The position numbers were made by a program, and so were the translations under genes. DNA of 39,688 nucleotides from a virus (Duplodnaviria; Caudoviricetes): the IMG/VR virus record IMGVR_UViG_3300049167_000219, positions 1 through 39,688 of that record. One strand, given 5' to 3'. The notes beneath the pieces are model-generated. The model was not told the origin of the DNA. It made no database searches and was given only the letters and a program-made list of their open reading frames with translations. Shown here piece after piece: positions 8,574 through 18,060 of the stretch; the first letter of the stretch is position 1; each line of letters opens with the position of its first letter.

Positions 8574-9995
8574 TCAGAACCGGAACGTGATCGCCGCGCT
8601 GGCGTAGTGGAAGGCGCCCGCGTATCGGAAGTCGACGCGCAGTCCGGGGGCGACGCGGTTGCGGCGCTGGCTCACCGGGATGTTGTCGACCCGATCGGCC
8701 GTGATCGTGAACTCCGGCAGGATATCGCCCTCGTCACCGAAGTCCGCGGCGACGATGCCCGCTGCCACGGCGCGGTTCATGACAGTCCGCAGGGCGTTGA
8801 TCAGAACACCCACGCCGGCGTTGGTGTAGGGGATGCGCGGATTGGTCGTGAGGGCGGACAGCAGGCCTTCGCGGCTGCGAGCGACAATCCAATCCGAAGC
8901 ATGGATCTCATCGATGAAGGCGCGCGAGCCAACGGTTCCCTCAACGACCATCGGCAGACCTCCGATGTCCACGTAGGTGTTCGCCGCGTGCCCCTGCGAA
9001 GGATCGACGCCGACGCCTGGCACGAAGCCGGTGATTGCCTGAACGGCGGCAGAGCCCTTGTTGAGCGGGGTGATCCCGGCCAGTTTCTTGAACTTGAGCG
9101 TGTATGCCTGACCGCTGTTGATGTCGCCGCGCTGGGCTGCCTGCAGGTTGCCCTGATCGAGGTCTCGGGTCGCGCAATAGGCAAGAGCGGCAAGCGCCGG
9201 ATAGAGCCCGGCATCGGTGTGGTAGAACACGAAGGAGCGGTCGTAGCCCTTGCTCTCGATGTATTCCGCGATCGAGCCGCCGTACTGGGGATTGGTTGCG
9301 GTGTGGACGCCGCTCTGCGAGCCAGAGGTGACGATCGCCGAGCCTCCAGGCGTCGCAGCCAGCTGCAGGGTGTTCGTGGCAACGGCCAGGGCATAGTAGG
9401 TGACGCCAGCGGTCAGGCCGGTCGGCAGCGTGCCGGTGGTCGTGAACACGACGGGATCGTTGTTCGCGAGCGTGTGACCGGTCCAGGTGACCACGCCGGG
9501 CGAGGCAATCGAGATCGTCACGGTCGCGGTCTTGTCGGCGACCGCAGCTGCCGTCTCCGTCGATACGTCGTTGCTGTCGAGGCCCATCAGCACCGAATGG
9601 CTTTCGGCCCAGTCGGCGGCCAGCTGCTGGTTCAGGGTGTCGCGGATCTCGGCTGTGAAGCCGATCCAGTAGAAGTCGGGGTCGGCGGCATAGATCGCAT
9701 CGAGCTCGTCGGTGATCGGGTTCGCGACGGCGCGATAGCCGATCTTGATCTGCGCTGGGCGCGGGTTCTGCGCGAACATGGCAGCCGCAGCGACATAGGC
9801 CGCATCGGCGCTGTCAAAATCCTCGGCAACCTCCAAGATCGAGCCATAGACCTTCGTCCGGTTCGCCGAATCCAGCACGCCGTTGATCATCTCGGTCTGC
9901 ACGATCAGCGCAACCGAGAACCCGGTCGCAGTCGCGAACCGATCCTGCCGCGTTAGCGAGACGTCGACGACGCGGGAATAGGGAAGACGGGCCAT
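8574..9995 (-). CDS. Tail sheath protein (DUF3383-like)
   Basis: FAQNPRP, TLKFKKLAGI, FIDEIH..DW, RIPYTNAG, YAGAFH motifs. Confidence 0.88.
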   Translation of the reverse strand: MARLPYSRVVDVSLTRQDRFATATGFSVALIVQTEMINGVLDSANRTKVYGSILEVAEDFDSADAAYVAAAAMFAQNPRPAQIKIGYRAVANPITDELDAIYAADPDFYWIGFTAEIRDTLNQQLAADWAESHSVLMGLDSNDVSTETAAAVADKTATVTISIASPGVVTWTGHTLANNDPVVFTTTGTLPTGLTAGVTYYALAVATNTLQLAATPGGSAIVTSGSQSGVHTATNPQYGGSIAEYIESKGYDRSFVFYHTDAGLYPALAALAYCATRDLDQGNLQAAQRGDINSGQAYTLKFKKLAGITPLNKGSAAVQAITGFVPGVGVDPSQGHAANTYVDIGGLPMVVEGTVGSRAFIDEIHASDWIVARSREGLLSALTTNPRIPYTNAGVGVLINALRTVMNRAVAAGIVAADFGDEGDILPEFTITADRVDNIPVSQRRNRVAPGLRVDFRYAGAFHYASAAITFRF

Positions 9996-10007
9996 GCGAC
10001 GGCTCCT

Positions 10008-10586
10008 TTAGGGCTTGGTGAAGGTGAAACCGGCAGTGACGGTCGAGCCGCCCGCGCCTTCGGTGATGATCTCGCCGGTCTCGATCACGTCGACGAGGAG
10101 AGGTTCGGTTGCGACCGCGCCAAGAGCGACCTCGAACATCGCCCTGCCTTCCCAGCGCTGCTGGATCAGCTCGGGCGCGCGCTTGATGTCGCGGACGTCG
10201 CGGACGACGAGCGGAGCCATCCAGACGCTGGCCTCGGCGGAGCGAAGCCCAGAGGCGAAAAGTCGGCACCAGTCGATCGGGCGCGGCGAATAGACGTTGA
10301 CCCGGAAGAGCCATTCGACGCCGCGTGACTTGCACATGAGGACGCGGTCCTCGGCGTCCTCGCCCGTGCCGATCGTGATGTCGCTGTAGACCTCGTCGTC
10401 GAGCTCGCCGAGATCCCGGTCAGCGATGAAGTCGATCATGCAGTACGGGCCGTCCGGCCGGGGCGCGCCCTGGGCATCCCGAATGACGTCGGTGAGATGC
10501 TCCCTCTCGGGATCGATCAGGATGGCGTCGGCAGCCAGCTTGACGAGATAGGCCCGCAGGGCGTCAAACGCGCCGTCCTCGTCCAT
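10008..10586 (-). CDS. Neck/tail terminator protein
   Basis: Directly before the sheath gene; PRPDGPY and WEGRA motifs. Confidence 0.7.
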   Translation of the reverse strand: MDEDGAFDALRAYLVKLAADAILIDPEREHLTDVIRDAQGAPRPDGPYCMIDFIADRDLGELDDEVYSDITIGTGEDAEDRVLMCKSRGVEWLFRVNVYSPRPIDWCRLFASGLRSAEASVWMAPLVVRDVRDIKRAPELIQQRWEGRAMFEVALGAVATEPLLVDVIETGEIITEGAGGSTVTAGFTFTKP

Positions 10587-10953
10587 CGCTGACCAGCCTC
10601 GCTATGGCCCGCGTGAAGCCGGCCTCGGTACGCTCGACGACGCGGACCACCTTGTAGGTCTGGCCCTGCTCGCCCGTGATTTCGTCTGCCTGGCGCCCGC
10701 TATCCTCATCGGCGGTGACGAGGTCGGCCCGCGTCCAGATCGTGACGTAAGCCTCGGTGCGCTCACCATCGGGCAGCTGTCGAATGTCGGATTCGCTGGG
10801 CGCTCGGATGGCCGCTCTGATCTGGTCGGAGATGGGTGCTCCTCCGGCCTGCCATTTGCCGCCGACATAAGAGCCAACCGCGGCGCGGATGCGCGTCGCG
10901 GGCCGCGCCATTGCATCGACGGCCAAGCCGGCCAGTCCACCGAGGAATGTCAT
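10564..10953 (-). CDS. Head closure/head-tail adaptor
   Basis: Start re-called at MTFLGG; GSYVGGKW, LPDGER motifs. Confidence 0.7.
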   Translation of the reverse strand: MTFLGGLAGLAVDAMARPATRIRAAVGSYVGGKWQAGGAPISDQIRAAIRAPSESDIRQLPDGERTEAYVTIWTRADLVTADEDSGRQADEITGEQGQTYKVVRVVERTEAGFTRAIARLVSDGRGRRV

Positions 10954-11489
10954 TTGGAAAAGCCCACGCCGCTGCTGCCGCTGCCGTAGTCGTACGCCCA
11001 GGTCATCGAGTCCCAGAGCCGACCTTGGTCGATCAGTTGCTTCGACGAGCCCTTGATTTTGACGGTAAGCGGGACGTTTGGAGCGCCGACACCCGCGCTC
11101 ATCGTCGCCTGGACGTAGCCCTTGCCCTTTTCGCCGATCAGTTCGAGAACGGCGGGCATCGGACGCCCATTGACGACGATTGACCGCGCCGCGGCTTTCA
11201 GGTCGCTGCGGATCGCGCCGCGATATCTGAACATCGCAGCGGTGATGAACGGACGAGGCGGGATAGGGCCGCCGAAACCTCCGACGCCATTGCGAACGAA
11301 GTTCGTCTGGCTGCCTGCGGTCCCGAAGTGGTTCCAAACACCAATCTGAAGCACGTCCGCAGGGCTCTTGCCGGCAGGTAAGCCGACCTTGACCTTGTGA
11401 GGTCCGGCCAGCGCCTTCTCGATCTTCTGAATATGGCCGCGCAGGTTGCCGCGACGACGGAGCGTCACCTTCGTCCTGATCGTGACCAT
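10950..11489 (-). CDS. Neck/tail completion protein
   Basis: Start re-called at MVTIRT; NHFGT, IPPRPF, KGSSKQLIDQG motifs. Confidence 0.78.
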   Translation of the reverse strand: MVTIRTKVTLRRRGNLRGHIQKIEKALAGPHKVKVGLPAGKSPADVLQIGVWNHFGTAGSQTNFVRNGVGGFGGPIPPRPFITAAMFRYRGAIRSDLKAAARSIVVNGRPMPAVLELIGEKGKGYVQATMSAGVGAPNVPLTVKIKGSSKQLIDQGRLWDSMTWAYDYGSGSSGVGFSK

Positions 11490-11893
11490 CAGACGAGGGC
11501 GACGGCAGGATGATTGCGGCGCAGCAGGTCGAGGTAGCGCCGGCCGTAGGCGGTGGAGCCATAACCGAAGGCCGAACCGCCGGAGCCGGAGCCCGAGCTC
11601 GCAGAGCCTGCAAGCTTCACCGCGACATCGCCGACCTTCATCTCGGTCACCAGACCGGAATTGATCACGCTGGAGGCGTCTTCGAGGTCCACCGCAGCCG
11701 ACAAGGCACCGTCGAGCGTCATGATGTGCGCTGCGAGATAGAGGATCGCCGGCTGATAGTCCGCCTCGATCCATGTATTGTCGACTGATGCCCCTGCCTC
11801 CGCAATCGCGAGCGTGATCGTGGCGTCAGCAACCGGCCCGAAGGTCGGGAACTTGGTCTTGAGCGTCGCCGCGGTCGGGAGGGCGTAGGGCAT
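11489..11893 (-). CDS. Head-tail connector (DUF4054-like)
   Basis: FPTF, YLAAH, VGDVAV, STAYGRRY motifs. Confidence 0.82.
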   Translation of the reverse strand: MPYALPTAATLKTKFPTFGPVADATITLAIAEAGASVDNTWIEADYQPAILYLAAHIMTLDGALSAAVDLEDASSVINSGLVTEMKVGDVAVKLAGSASSGSGSGGSAFGYGSTAYGRRYLDLLRRNHPAVALV

Positions 11894-12114
11894 CAGTTCT
11901 TCTCGGCAGCCTTGGCCTCACGACGCGCGGCGACAGCCTTGCCGTCGGGTCCGGTGACCTTGAAGCCCTCCCCAGCCAGACGGACAGCTTCCTCTTCGGT
12001 CAGCGGGAGCACCTTGTCGCGGCCGGCGTCGATCGGCTCCGCGCGGCCGGCGAACGAAGCCAGCTGCGGGGCCTTCGCGGTGTTGATGACGGTGTAGAGC
12101 GGGGCCTTCGCCAT
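11893..12114 (-). CDS. Small virion-region hypothetical protein
   Basis: Start re-called at MAKAPLY after GAAGGA. Confidence 0.6.
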   Translation of the reverse strand: MAKAPLYTVINTAKAPQLASFAGRAEPIDAGRDKVLPLTEEEAVRLAGEGFKVTGPDGKAVAARREAKAAEKN

Positions 12115-12142
12115 ACGGCTCAATCCTTCTGTTCTGCTTCGA

Positions 12143-12472
12143 TCAAGCTGAGAGAGCTTCGTCGATCCGCTTCTGGATCTCAGCGGCGTCCCATCCGTGG
12201 AACGGCCGCTTGCCAACGAGTTCATGATATTCAGCGCGGAGCTTGACGATATCGCGCGTCTCCCCGTCTTCAGACCCTGAGGCGTCCTCTGCTTTCGCCG
12301 GGGCCGTCTCAATGATCTCCAATGCAAGGCTGGCCTGCATGATGAGGACCTGGTCCTCGGTGAACCGAGCCGGCTCGCTCTCGCCGAGAGCGGGTAACAG
12401 CAGCGGGCCATCCAACGACTCGATGTCGAACGGCGCGTTGACGAGATTCCGCACGACTAGGCGATGATCCAT
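12143..12472 (-). CDS. Hypothetical protein with C-terminal helix-extension-helix-like motif
   Basis: GGAAGG RBS; LRAEY..LVGKRPFHGWDAAEI motif, typical just after capsid genes. Confidence 0.65.
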   Translation of the reverse strand: MDHRLVVRNLVNAPFDIESLDGPLLLPALGESEPARFTEDQVLIMQASLALEIIETAPAKAEDASGSEDGETRDIVKLRAEYHELVGKRPFHGWDAAEIQKRIDEALSA

Positions 12473-12491
12473 GTTCCCAACCTTCCATGAT

Positions 12492-12514
12492 GGCGGGGCA
12501 GGAGCCGCCCCGCC
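12492..12514 (-). terminator. GC-rich hairpin after the major capsid gene
   Basis: GGCGGGGC-N7-GCCCCGCC; no U tract, so it may be an mRNA stabiliser or attenuator. Confidence 0.5.
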
Positions 12515-12531
12515 GGGAGATTCCGCTTTCA

Positions 12532-13515
12532 TCAGGCCGGCGGCTCAAGGATGCCGTCGAGATAGTAGACGGTCGTCGTGGTCAGGAACTCCAGGCCGCC
12601 GGTCCGGAAGATGCCGGGCACTGCCCAGTTCAACGGGCCGTCGCGATAGACCGGGAGGAACTGATGCGGCATTGGCAGATGCAGCTTGAGATAGTCCTCG
12701 TTGTTCTTGTAAGCGACGAGTCGTCCGCCGCCGACCACCGTCTCCGTCGAGGAGGTACGGAGGGTGTCGACCGCCCGAACCGTGAGCGGCCGGCCGGTTG
12801 CCAGTGTGTAGACGTTGGTCCGCAGCAGCCACGTCAGGATCGTGTCGGTCCCCAGCGTGTTGAACGGGGTCGAGGCGATGTAGTTGTAGGCCTCGATCGG
12901 CAGCAGGACCGTATCCGCGTATTCGATGGCGTTGGTAGCGGCGACGGTGCCGGTCAGCGCCTGATTGATATCCCGCAGGATCTGCTGCGGAGTCTTGGTC
13001 CCAATGCCGGTATTGGCGACCCAGTGCCGAGCCGAACCTGTGCCATCGTTCGCCGCAACCACCGGGGCGACTGCGCCGTTATTGATGAGGCCGGGAATGC
13101 CCTTCTCGCTGGAGCCTCGCACAACCAAGTCGAACATGAACTTGGTGTAGACGAGCCGGGCCGCGCGGGCGCGGCGATCGGGCAAAGCACTGCCGACCTG
13201 GATGGCTGTATTCACTTCCTCCAGATTGTACTGGTAGCCGATAGCCGCCAGGTGGAAGGTCATGCGCTGGTTGTCCTGATTGACGTCAGCCATCGGAATG
13301 TCTTTGGCGTAACCGGACTGCCAGTTCGCCTTGCCCGTGAGGTCGGACGTGTAGGTCATCACGCCGGGCGACCATGCTGGGCCGGACGTGTCGACGAACG
13401 CCAGGCGCGCGAAATCCCAATCGGGATAGCGTGCCTCGTAGACGCGCTGGTTGATTTTGTAGGCCTGCCCCTCGACGAAGGCGAGGGCCTGAGTATCGTT
13501 GATGACGTGCTGCAT
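12532..13515 (-). CDS. Major capsid protein (DUF2184-like)
   Basis: 327 aa; IGYQYNLEE, GLIN, RLVAY, LPMP motifs. Confidence 0.88.
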   Translation of the reverse strand: MQHVINDTQALAFVEGQAYKINQRVYEARYPDWDFARLAFVDTSGPAWSPGVMTYTSDLTGKANWQSGYAKDIPMADVNQDNQRMTFHLAAIGYQYNLEEVNTAIQVGSALPDRRARAARLVYTKFMFDLVVRGSSEKGIPGLINNGAVAPVVAANDGTGSARHWVANTGIGTKTPQQILRDINQALTGTVAATNAIEYADTVLLPIEAYNYIASTPFNTLGTDTILTWLLRTNVYTLATGRPLTVRAVDTLRTSSTETVVGGGRLVAYKNNEDYLKLHLPMPHQFLPVYRDGPLNWAVPGIFRTGGLEFLTTTTVYYLDGILEPPA

Positions 13516-13518
13516 GGA

Positions 13519-13998
13519 TCAGGTCCCCGAGACCGAGAGGGAAGGAACGGGGCGGCGATAGCGGATCACGCCGACTGCCCCACTGGAGCCATCCTCCTCG
13601 AACTGCGCGCCGGGGATGGTGACGACCGTCGCGGACTGAGCCGCCCCGGTCCATGTGCCGTTGGCCGTGTTGAAACGCGCCTGAGCGCCCTTCGTGACAT
13701 TGGCGCCAAGCAGCACGCCGAGGACGCCGGACTCGCAGATGCCGACATTGTCGTACTGTGCATAGGCATCGCCGGCCCGCGGCAAGACTACGCTCGATTC
13801 GGTGATGCCGAGGATATTGCGCCCGTTCGTGGCATCGAGAACCACGCAAGTATGTGCGCCGGTCCCTGGCATGACCGGCACGCCGAACGCTAGGGTGCCG
13901 GCGCCTTCCTTGGTCCGCGTGAGTGTGTTCCACTCTTCCATGTTGGCGCGACGACCAACGGCGTAGACGGAGATGTTCTGTTTGAAGTTGAGCGCCAT
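13519..13998 (-). CDS. Capsid decoration/cement protein
   Basis: LAFGVPV, beta-rich; between protease and capsid genes. Confidence 0.75.
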   Translation of the reverse strand: MALNFKQNISVYAVGRRANMEEWNTLTRTKEGAGTLAFGVPVMPGTGAHTCVVLDATNGRNILGITESSVVLPRAGDAYAQYDNVGICESGVLGVLLGANVTKGAQARFNTANGTWTGAAQSATVVTIPGAQFEEDGSSGAVGVIRYRRPVPSLSVSGT

Positions 13999-14001
13999 TG
14001 A

Positions 14002-15141
14002 TCAGGCCTCCTTGCGCCAGGCGTTGAGATCGGTGACGCCCTTGTCCCAGGCATCGCTGGACTGCTGACGCGCATCGCCGACGTGCTTGATTCCGCCGTT
14101 GATGGCGTCGCGCACGGGGTCGGGCAGCTTTGCGTCCTCGACCAGGATGTCGAAGCGGGCATCGATGTAGGCGGCCGGCTTGTCCTTGACGGCCGCATCG
14201 CCGATCTTCGCCGCGACCACTCCATGCCGGATCTGGGCATCGGATTTGCCGTCCGTGGCGACGGCCGGAGCGATGGCCTTCGCCTTGGCAATGAGATCGC
14301 CGCGGGCCTGCACCAAGGCGTCGAGGGCAGCGCCCTCGACAATCTTCGCTTTCAGGCCGTCGATCTCAGCGTCCTTCTTGGCGAGGTCCGCATCCTTCGC
14401 TGCAAGGATGCCAGCATGGTCAGAAACCAGCTTGTCCTTCGCGATGGCGTGGTCGGTCACCAGCTTCTCGGATGCCGTCTTGGCGTCGGTGAGCCGACTT
14501 TGCAGCGTGGCGATGACGATGGCGCCCTGATCGGTCACCTCGACCGGGATGCCATCGACGGTGATCGTCTTGAGCGTCATGTGAGCGTCCTTCTGCTCGG
14601 TTGAGAAAGCCGACCAGGAATCCCCGATGCGGCACTGCGGTCCGGCGCGGCCGGCCGACACGATGGCGATGTGGTTGGCCACGATCGCGGTTTGCTTGGC
14701 CTGGTAGGCGGTGCCATCGGGCGCCACGCCGTCACCCCAGACGAGTTCGGTCGAGTAGCCGACGCTGAGCTCTCGCTTGCCGTTTTGAACCGCCTTGACA
14801 GCAGCAGCGTCAGTGATGCGAAGCCCGATCTTCAGGTGTTCGCCATCGCGCAGGACGTCGCCGCCGGTGGTCCCGGCAGCGTATTTCTTCCAATTGCCGG
14901 CGTTTACCGGCTCGGCCGGGTGGTCGACCGTGATGGGGATGTGCGCGAAGCTGTCGAGCGAGGCCTTCGCGAAAACCTCGGTCTCGTCGCGGAACACGTT
15001 GACGTTGGCGAGATCAGGCTTCCCAACCTCGGCGCCGCGATACTGCTGAACTCCGGCGCGGGCGGTGCGGGCGACGGCCTCGAGATAGCCGTCTGCATTC
15101 ACCCGCGCATCGGCGAGCGTGACCGTGTCGGTGATGAGCAT
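14002..15141 (-). CDS. Prohead protease/scaffold (DUF2213-like)
   Basis: ARAGVQQY, PITVDHP, ELSVGY, NHIAIV..GRAG motifs; coiled C-terminus. Confidence 0.88.
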   Translation of the reverse strand: MLITDTVTLADARVNADGYLEAVARTARAGVQQYRGAEVGKPDLANVNVFRDETEVFAKASLDSFAHIPITVDHPAEPVNAGNWKKYAAGTTGGDVLRDGEHLKIGLRITDAAAVKAVQNGKRELSVGYSTELVWGDGVAPDGTAYQAKQTAIVANHIAIVSAGRAGPQCRIGDSWSAFSTEQKDAHMTLKTITVDGIPVEVTDQGAIVIATLQSRLTDAKTASEKLVTDHAIAKDKLVSDHAGILAAKDADLAKKDAEIDGLKAKIVEGAALDALVQARGDLIAKAKAIAPAVATDGKSDAQIRHGVVAAKIGDAAVKDKPAAYIDARFDILVEDAKLPDPVRDAINGGIKHVGDARQQSSDAWDKGVTDLNAWRKEA

Positions 15142-15151
15142 GGGGCCTCTG

Positions 15152-15391
15152 CTATTTCTGCTTGGGGTCTGGAGGCGGCGTGGTCGGGCGGAACGAGCCC
15201 CGGAGTTCCTCCGGCATCGCGGGATGCTGGATCAGGTCCATCACGACGCGGGCCTCCGCGCTGGAAATGCGGCCTTGCTTGTAGAGGTCGTCGAGCAACT
15301 CGAGCACGAGACCGATCGGTGACCCTGATCGAACGAGCGGAGACTTGTAGGACCGCTCTGCCCCTCGCTCTGGCATCTCAAAGTTGTACAT
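15152..15391 (-). CDS. Hypothetical protein
   Basis: 79 aa ORF filling the operon gap. Confidence 0.5.
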   Translation of the reverse strand: MYNFEMPERGAERSYKSPLVRSGSPIGLVLELLDDLYKQGRISSAEARVVMDLIQHPAMPEELRGSFRPTTPPPDPKQK

Positions 15392-15394
15392 GCT

Positions 15395-15874
15395 TCAGGC
15401 GACGATCAGACCATCGCGAATATCACGCTCGCGGCGCCATAGATCGCGATAGGGCATCGTGCGCTGGCGACTGAACGTCAGCTGGCATCGCATAAACTGG
15501 AAGCCGAACTGTCGGCCGCCGTTCGTCGAATAGGTCCAGGCGCCGAGCCATCGGCCCTCGTCAGGCGATCGCGGAAGGATGAAGGCGACGATCCAGGACC
15601 AGGTCAGGCCGTGCGGCGAGTGGAACGCTGCCAAATTGAACGTGTAGCGGTCGCTCGTCCGGGAAAGCAGACTGAACCCAGCGCGGCGAAGAAATCGATA
15701 GCCGATCGCGATGGCGAGCACAGTGATGAGACCGGTGGCGAACATGATCAGCGGCGGCAGCGCGAGCAGATGGGGCGCCACAGATATCGTCACGACAAGG
15801 GTCGCCAAGACGACGGCAGAGGCGCAGGCCAGCACGCAAAGTCCCGCAAGGGACGGCCAAAGTCGACCGAACAT
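15395..15874 (-). CDS. Hypothetical membrane protein
   Basis: GAGGAG RBS; two N-terminal hydrophobic helices. Confidence 0.6.
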   Translation of the reverse strand: MFGRLWPSLAGLCVLACASAVVLATLVVTISVAPHLLALPPLIMFATGLITVLAIAIGYRFLRRAGFSLLSRTSDRYTFNLAAFHSPHGLTWSWIVAFILPRSPDEGRWLGAWTYSTNGGRQFGFQFMRCQLTFSRQRTMPYRDLWRRERDIRDGLIVA

Positions 15875-15898
15875 GGATATCTCCTCAGATCTCAGGTT

Positions 15899-16726
15899 TC
15901 AGAACTCGATGACCGCGCGCGCAGTGCAGCGGCAGTTGATCGGCTGGCCCGGATGCCCATCGCTGGGCGGGTCGGACCACTTGAAGTGCTTGCCCTCGCG
16001 ATCCCAATGGGACGGGCGGGCGTTCGGATACTTGCCATCCGGGTTGCCCCGGACCCGCTCGTCCATGCTCGTCGACCAGACGTATTCGGTGACGCCCATG
16101 GCGGTCTGGCGAATCCGGTTCAGATCGCCGTTGAAGCTGGCGGCCTGATCGCGAGCAATGAGCGCGGCCCGGCGCTTGCCGATGCCGAATTCCCTTCTCA
16201 GCAGCCGGGCGATCTCGCGATTGTTCACGCCTTGGGTCATGGCGTTGATCAGCGCGGTCTCGATCCGCTTGGCGACGTCGCCGGTCAGGCCTCGAATAAG
16301 CGCGACGCTCCGTTGAACCGCCGCCTCGATGGTGTTGGTCAGGCCCTCGCCTACGATGACGCGGCCGAGGTCTATCCCGATCGCGCCGCGCATTGCCTCA
16401 TTGAAGCGGCGAGAATGGCGCTGGTCTTCGGTCTCGAAGGCCTCGCGGATCGTCTCGCGAGCGCCGTCGACCAGGCCGTCAAGCAGCTCGCGCAGCGCCC
16501 GCATGGCGCGTTCGAACCAGTTCAGATCGTCGCGCATCAGCTGCGCCTTGCCGGACAGGGCCGCCGGCAGCACCTCGAGGGCCACCCGCTCGGCTGCCTT
16601 GCGCAGGATGCTGGTGGTCACCAGCCGCAGAGCCTCTTCGCACGCCAGCGTGGCGCCGATCGGCCGGAGCACTGCGGAGCGGCGCTTCAGCGGCTTGGCC
16701 TGGGCAACCCACGCCTGGACGTTCAT
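15899..16726 (-). CDS. Head morphogenesis protein (SPP1 gp7/Mu F)
   Basis: RAALIARDQ, YVWST..DERVR, HPGQPINCRC motifs. Confidence 0.92.
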   Translation of the reverse strand: MNVQAWVAQAKPLKRRSAVLRPIGATLACEEALRLVTTSILRKAAERVALEVLPAALSGKAQLMRDDLNWFERAMRALRELLDGLVDGARETIREAFETEDQRHSRRFNEAMRGAIGIDLGRVIVGEGLTNTIEAAVQRSVALIRGLTGDVAKRIETALINAMTQGVNNREIARLLRREFGIGKRRAALIARDQAASFNGDLNRIRQTAMGVTEYVWSTSMDERVRGNPDGKYPNARPSHWDREGKHFKWSDPPSDGHPGQPINCRCTARAVIEF

Positions 16727-18054
16727 GTGGCAGCCGCAGCGTTCTGCTCAGCCTGCCGCCGGGCGGCTTCGGCTTCAGCGTCGCGATCTTCCGGTTCCGT
16801 GCCGAACTTGGCCAGCGCCGCGTCGAGACCCGGATATGTCCCGTCCTCGATCAGCTGGTTCTGCACCACCTTGCCGAGTGCCGCATCCGGCATCAGGCCG
16901 GCGTCGGCGTAAATCTTCGTGGCCTGGGCCTTCTTGAAGGCGACCTCGGCCGATTCCGTTTCCGTCATCTGCCAGAGCGGGGCCCATTTGTAGTGGACCT
17001 CAGGCGGACGCGAACCCAGCGCCGATCGGATCAGCACCTCATCGAGGCGGGATATCGTCGGGCGAAGGTCCAGGTTCTGACCGGCGCTGATCCGGTCGTA
17101 GTAGTTGCGGATGTCGCTCTCGCCGGTCGACTGCAGGCCGCCAGGCGTCTGGCCCAGCAACCGCGTCGCCGGGATATCGGCGGCGCCAGATGCGACCTGC
17201 AGGTAGGTGTTGAGCACCTCCGGTAGGTTCGTGAATGACACCGTCTTCTGCGACCACTCCTCTTCGGCATCGAGCAGGATCGCGTTGACAATCGACTTGC
17301 CCATGTTGGCGAGCGAGAACCGCTGCAACATGCGCGCGCTGAAGTCGGCCGTTGCCAGCTGTTCCATAAAGCGCGGCACCTTGATGACGTCGACCTTGGC
17401 CTCCTGCAGCAGCGCTGCGATGGCCGCGGCCGCGATCCCGGCGTGCTTGACCGCGTCGTTCACGGCCTGAAGGATGCTGTCTCCCCAGCCGTCATTGATC
17501 AGCATCCGATCAGGCAGCTCTGCGCCGATGAAGCGCACCACCCGCGAAGGATGGATGTCGACCATCGCCGTCTTGCCGGCGAGGCTATACATCTTGGGCT
17601 CGCCGAACAGCGGCGACAGTGGATCCTGCTCGAGCTCGCCGGCGATGATCTCGTGCCGTGTGAAGACGTGCAGATACTGGAAGGCGCCCTTCCCGATCCG
17701 GTTGATATCGAGCGGCTCGCTCGGCTGGGCATCGTTGGTGCCGATGTAGAGCGCTGCGCCGCCATAAAGCCGCGCGAGCTTGCGCGCCCTGGTGACCTTG
17801 TGCTGAAGGCCGAGGCGGGATTCTTCCGCCTCAAGCGCCTCGATCTGCTTTTCGTCAGCCTGCCAGTCGCGCCATTCCCGGGTCTCGTCGAAGGCCGGGA
17901 TGTCGACGATCTTGCGTGCGATCCAATCGCCCCGATAGGCGGCGTCGATCTGCGGTTTGTCGAGATAGACGAACCCGTAGGTCGTGCCGCCGACCTTGTC
18001 TTTTGTGGTCCCCAGCCCGGAAACCAAGTTCACGAGCGTGTCGGACGTCAGCAT
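16723..18054 (-). CDS. Portal protein (DUF1073 family)
   Basis: WIARKIVD, ARLYGG, IHPSR, ADIPATRLLGQ.PGGL..TGESD..NYYD motifs. Confidence 0.9.
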   Translation of the reverse strand: MLTSDTLVNLVSGLGTTKDKVGGTTYGFVYLDKPQIDAAYRGDWIARKIVDIPAFDETREWRDWQADEKQIEALEAEESRLGLQHKVTRARKLARLYGGAALYIGTNDAQPSEPLDINRIGKGAFQYLHVFTRHEIIAGELEQDPLSPLFGEPKMYSLAGKTAMVDIHPSRVVRFIGAELPDRMLINDGWGDSILQAVNDAVKHAGIAAAAIAALLQEAKVDVIKVPRFMEQLATADFSARMLQRFSLANMGKSIVNAILLDAEEEWSQKTVSFTNLPEVLNTYLQVASGAADIPATRLLGQTPGGLQSTGESDIRNYYDRISAGQNLDLRPTISRLDEVLIRSALGSRPPEVHYKWAPLWQMTETESAEVAFKKAQATKIYADAGLMPDAALGKVVQNQLIEDGTYPGLDAALAKFGTEPEDRDAEAEAARRQAEQNAAAAT

Positions 18055-18060
18055 GCAATG

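Noticed and set aside
1-10586. Tailocin, T6SS or gene transfer agent
   Set aside because: The tail genes are linked to head, terminase, immunity, replication and integrase genes, as in a regular prophage
16723-18054. Anti-CBASS Acb1 label sometimes attached to DUF1073 proteins
   Set aside because: Position after terL and the motifs indicate a portal; no separate HxT/HxT phosphoesterase domain was seen
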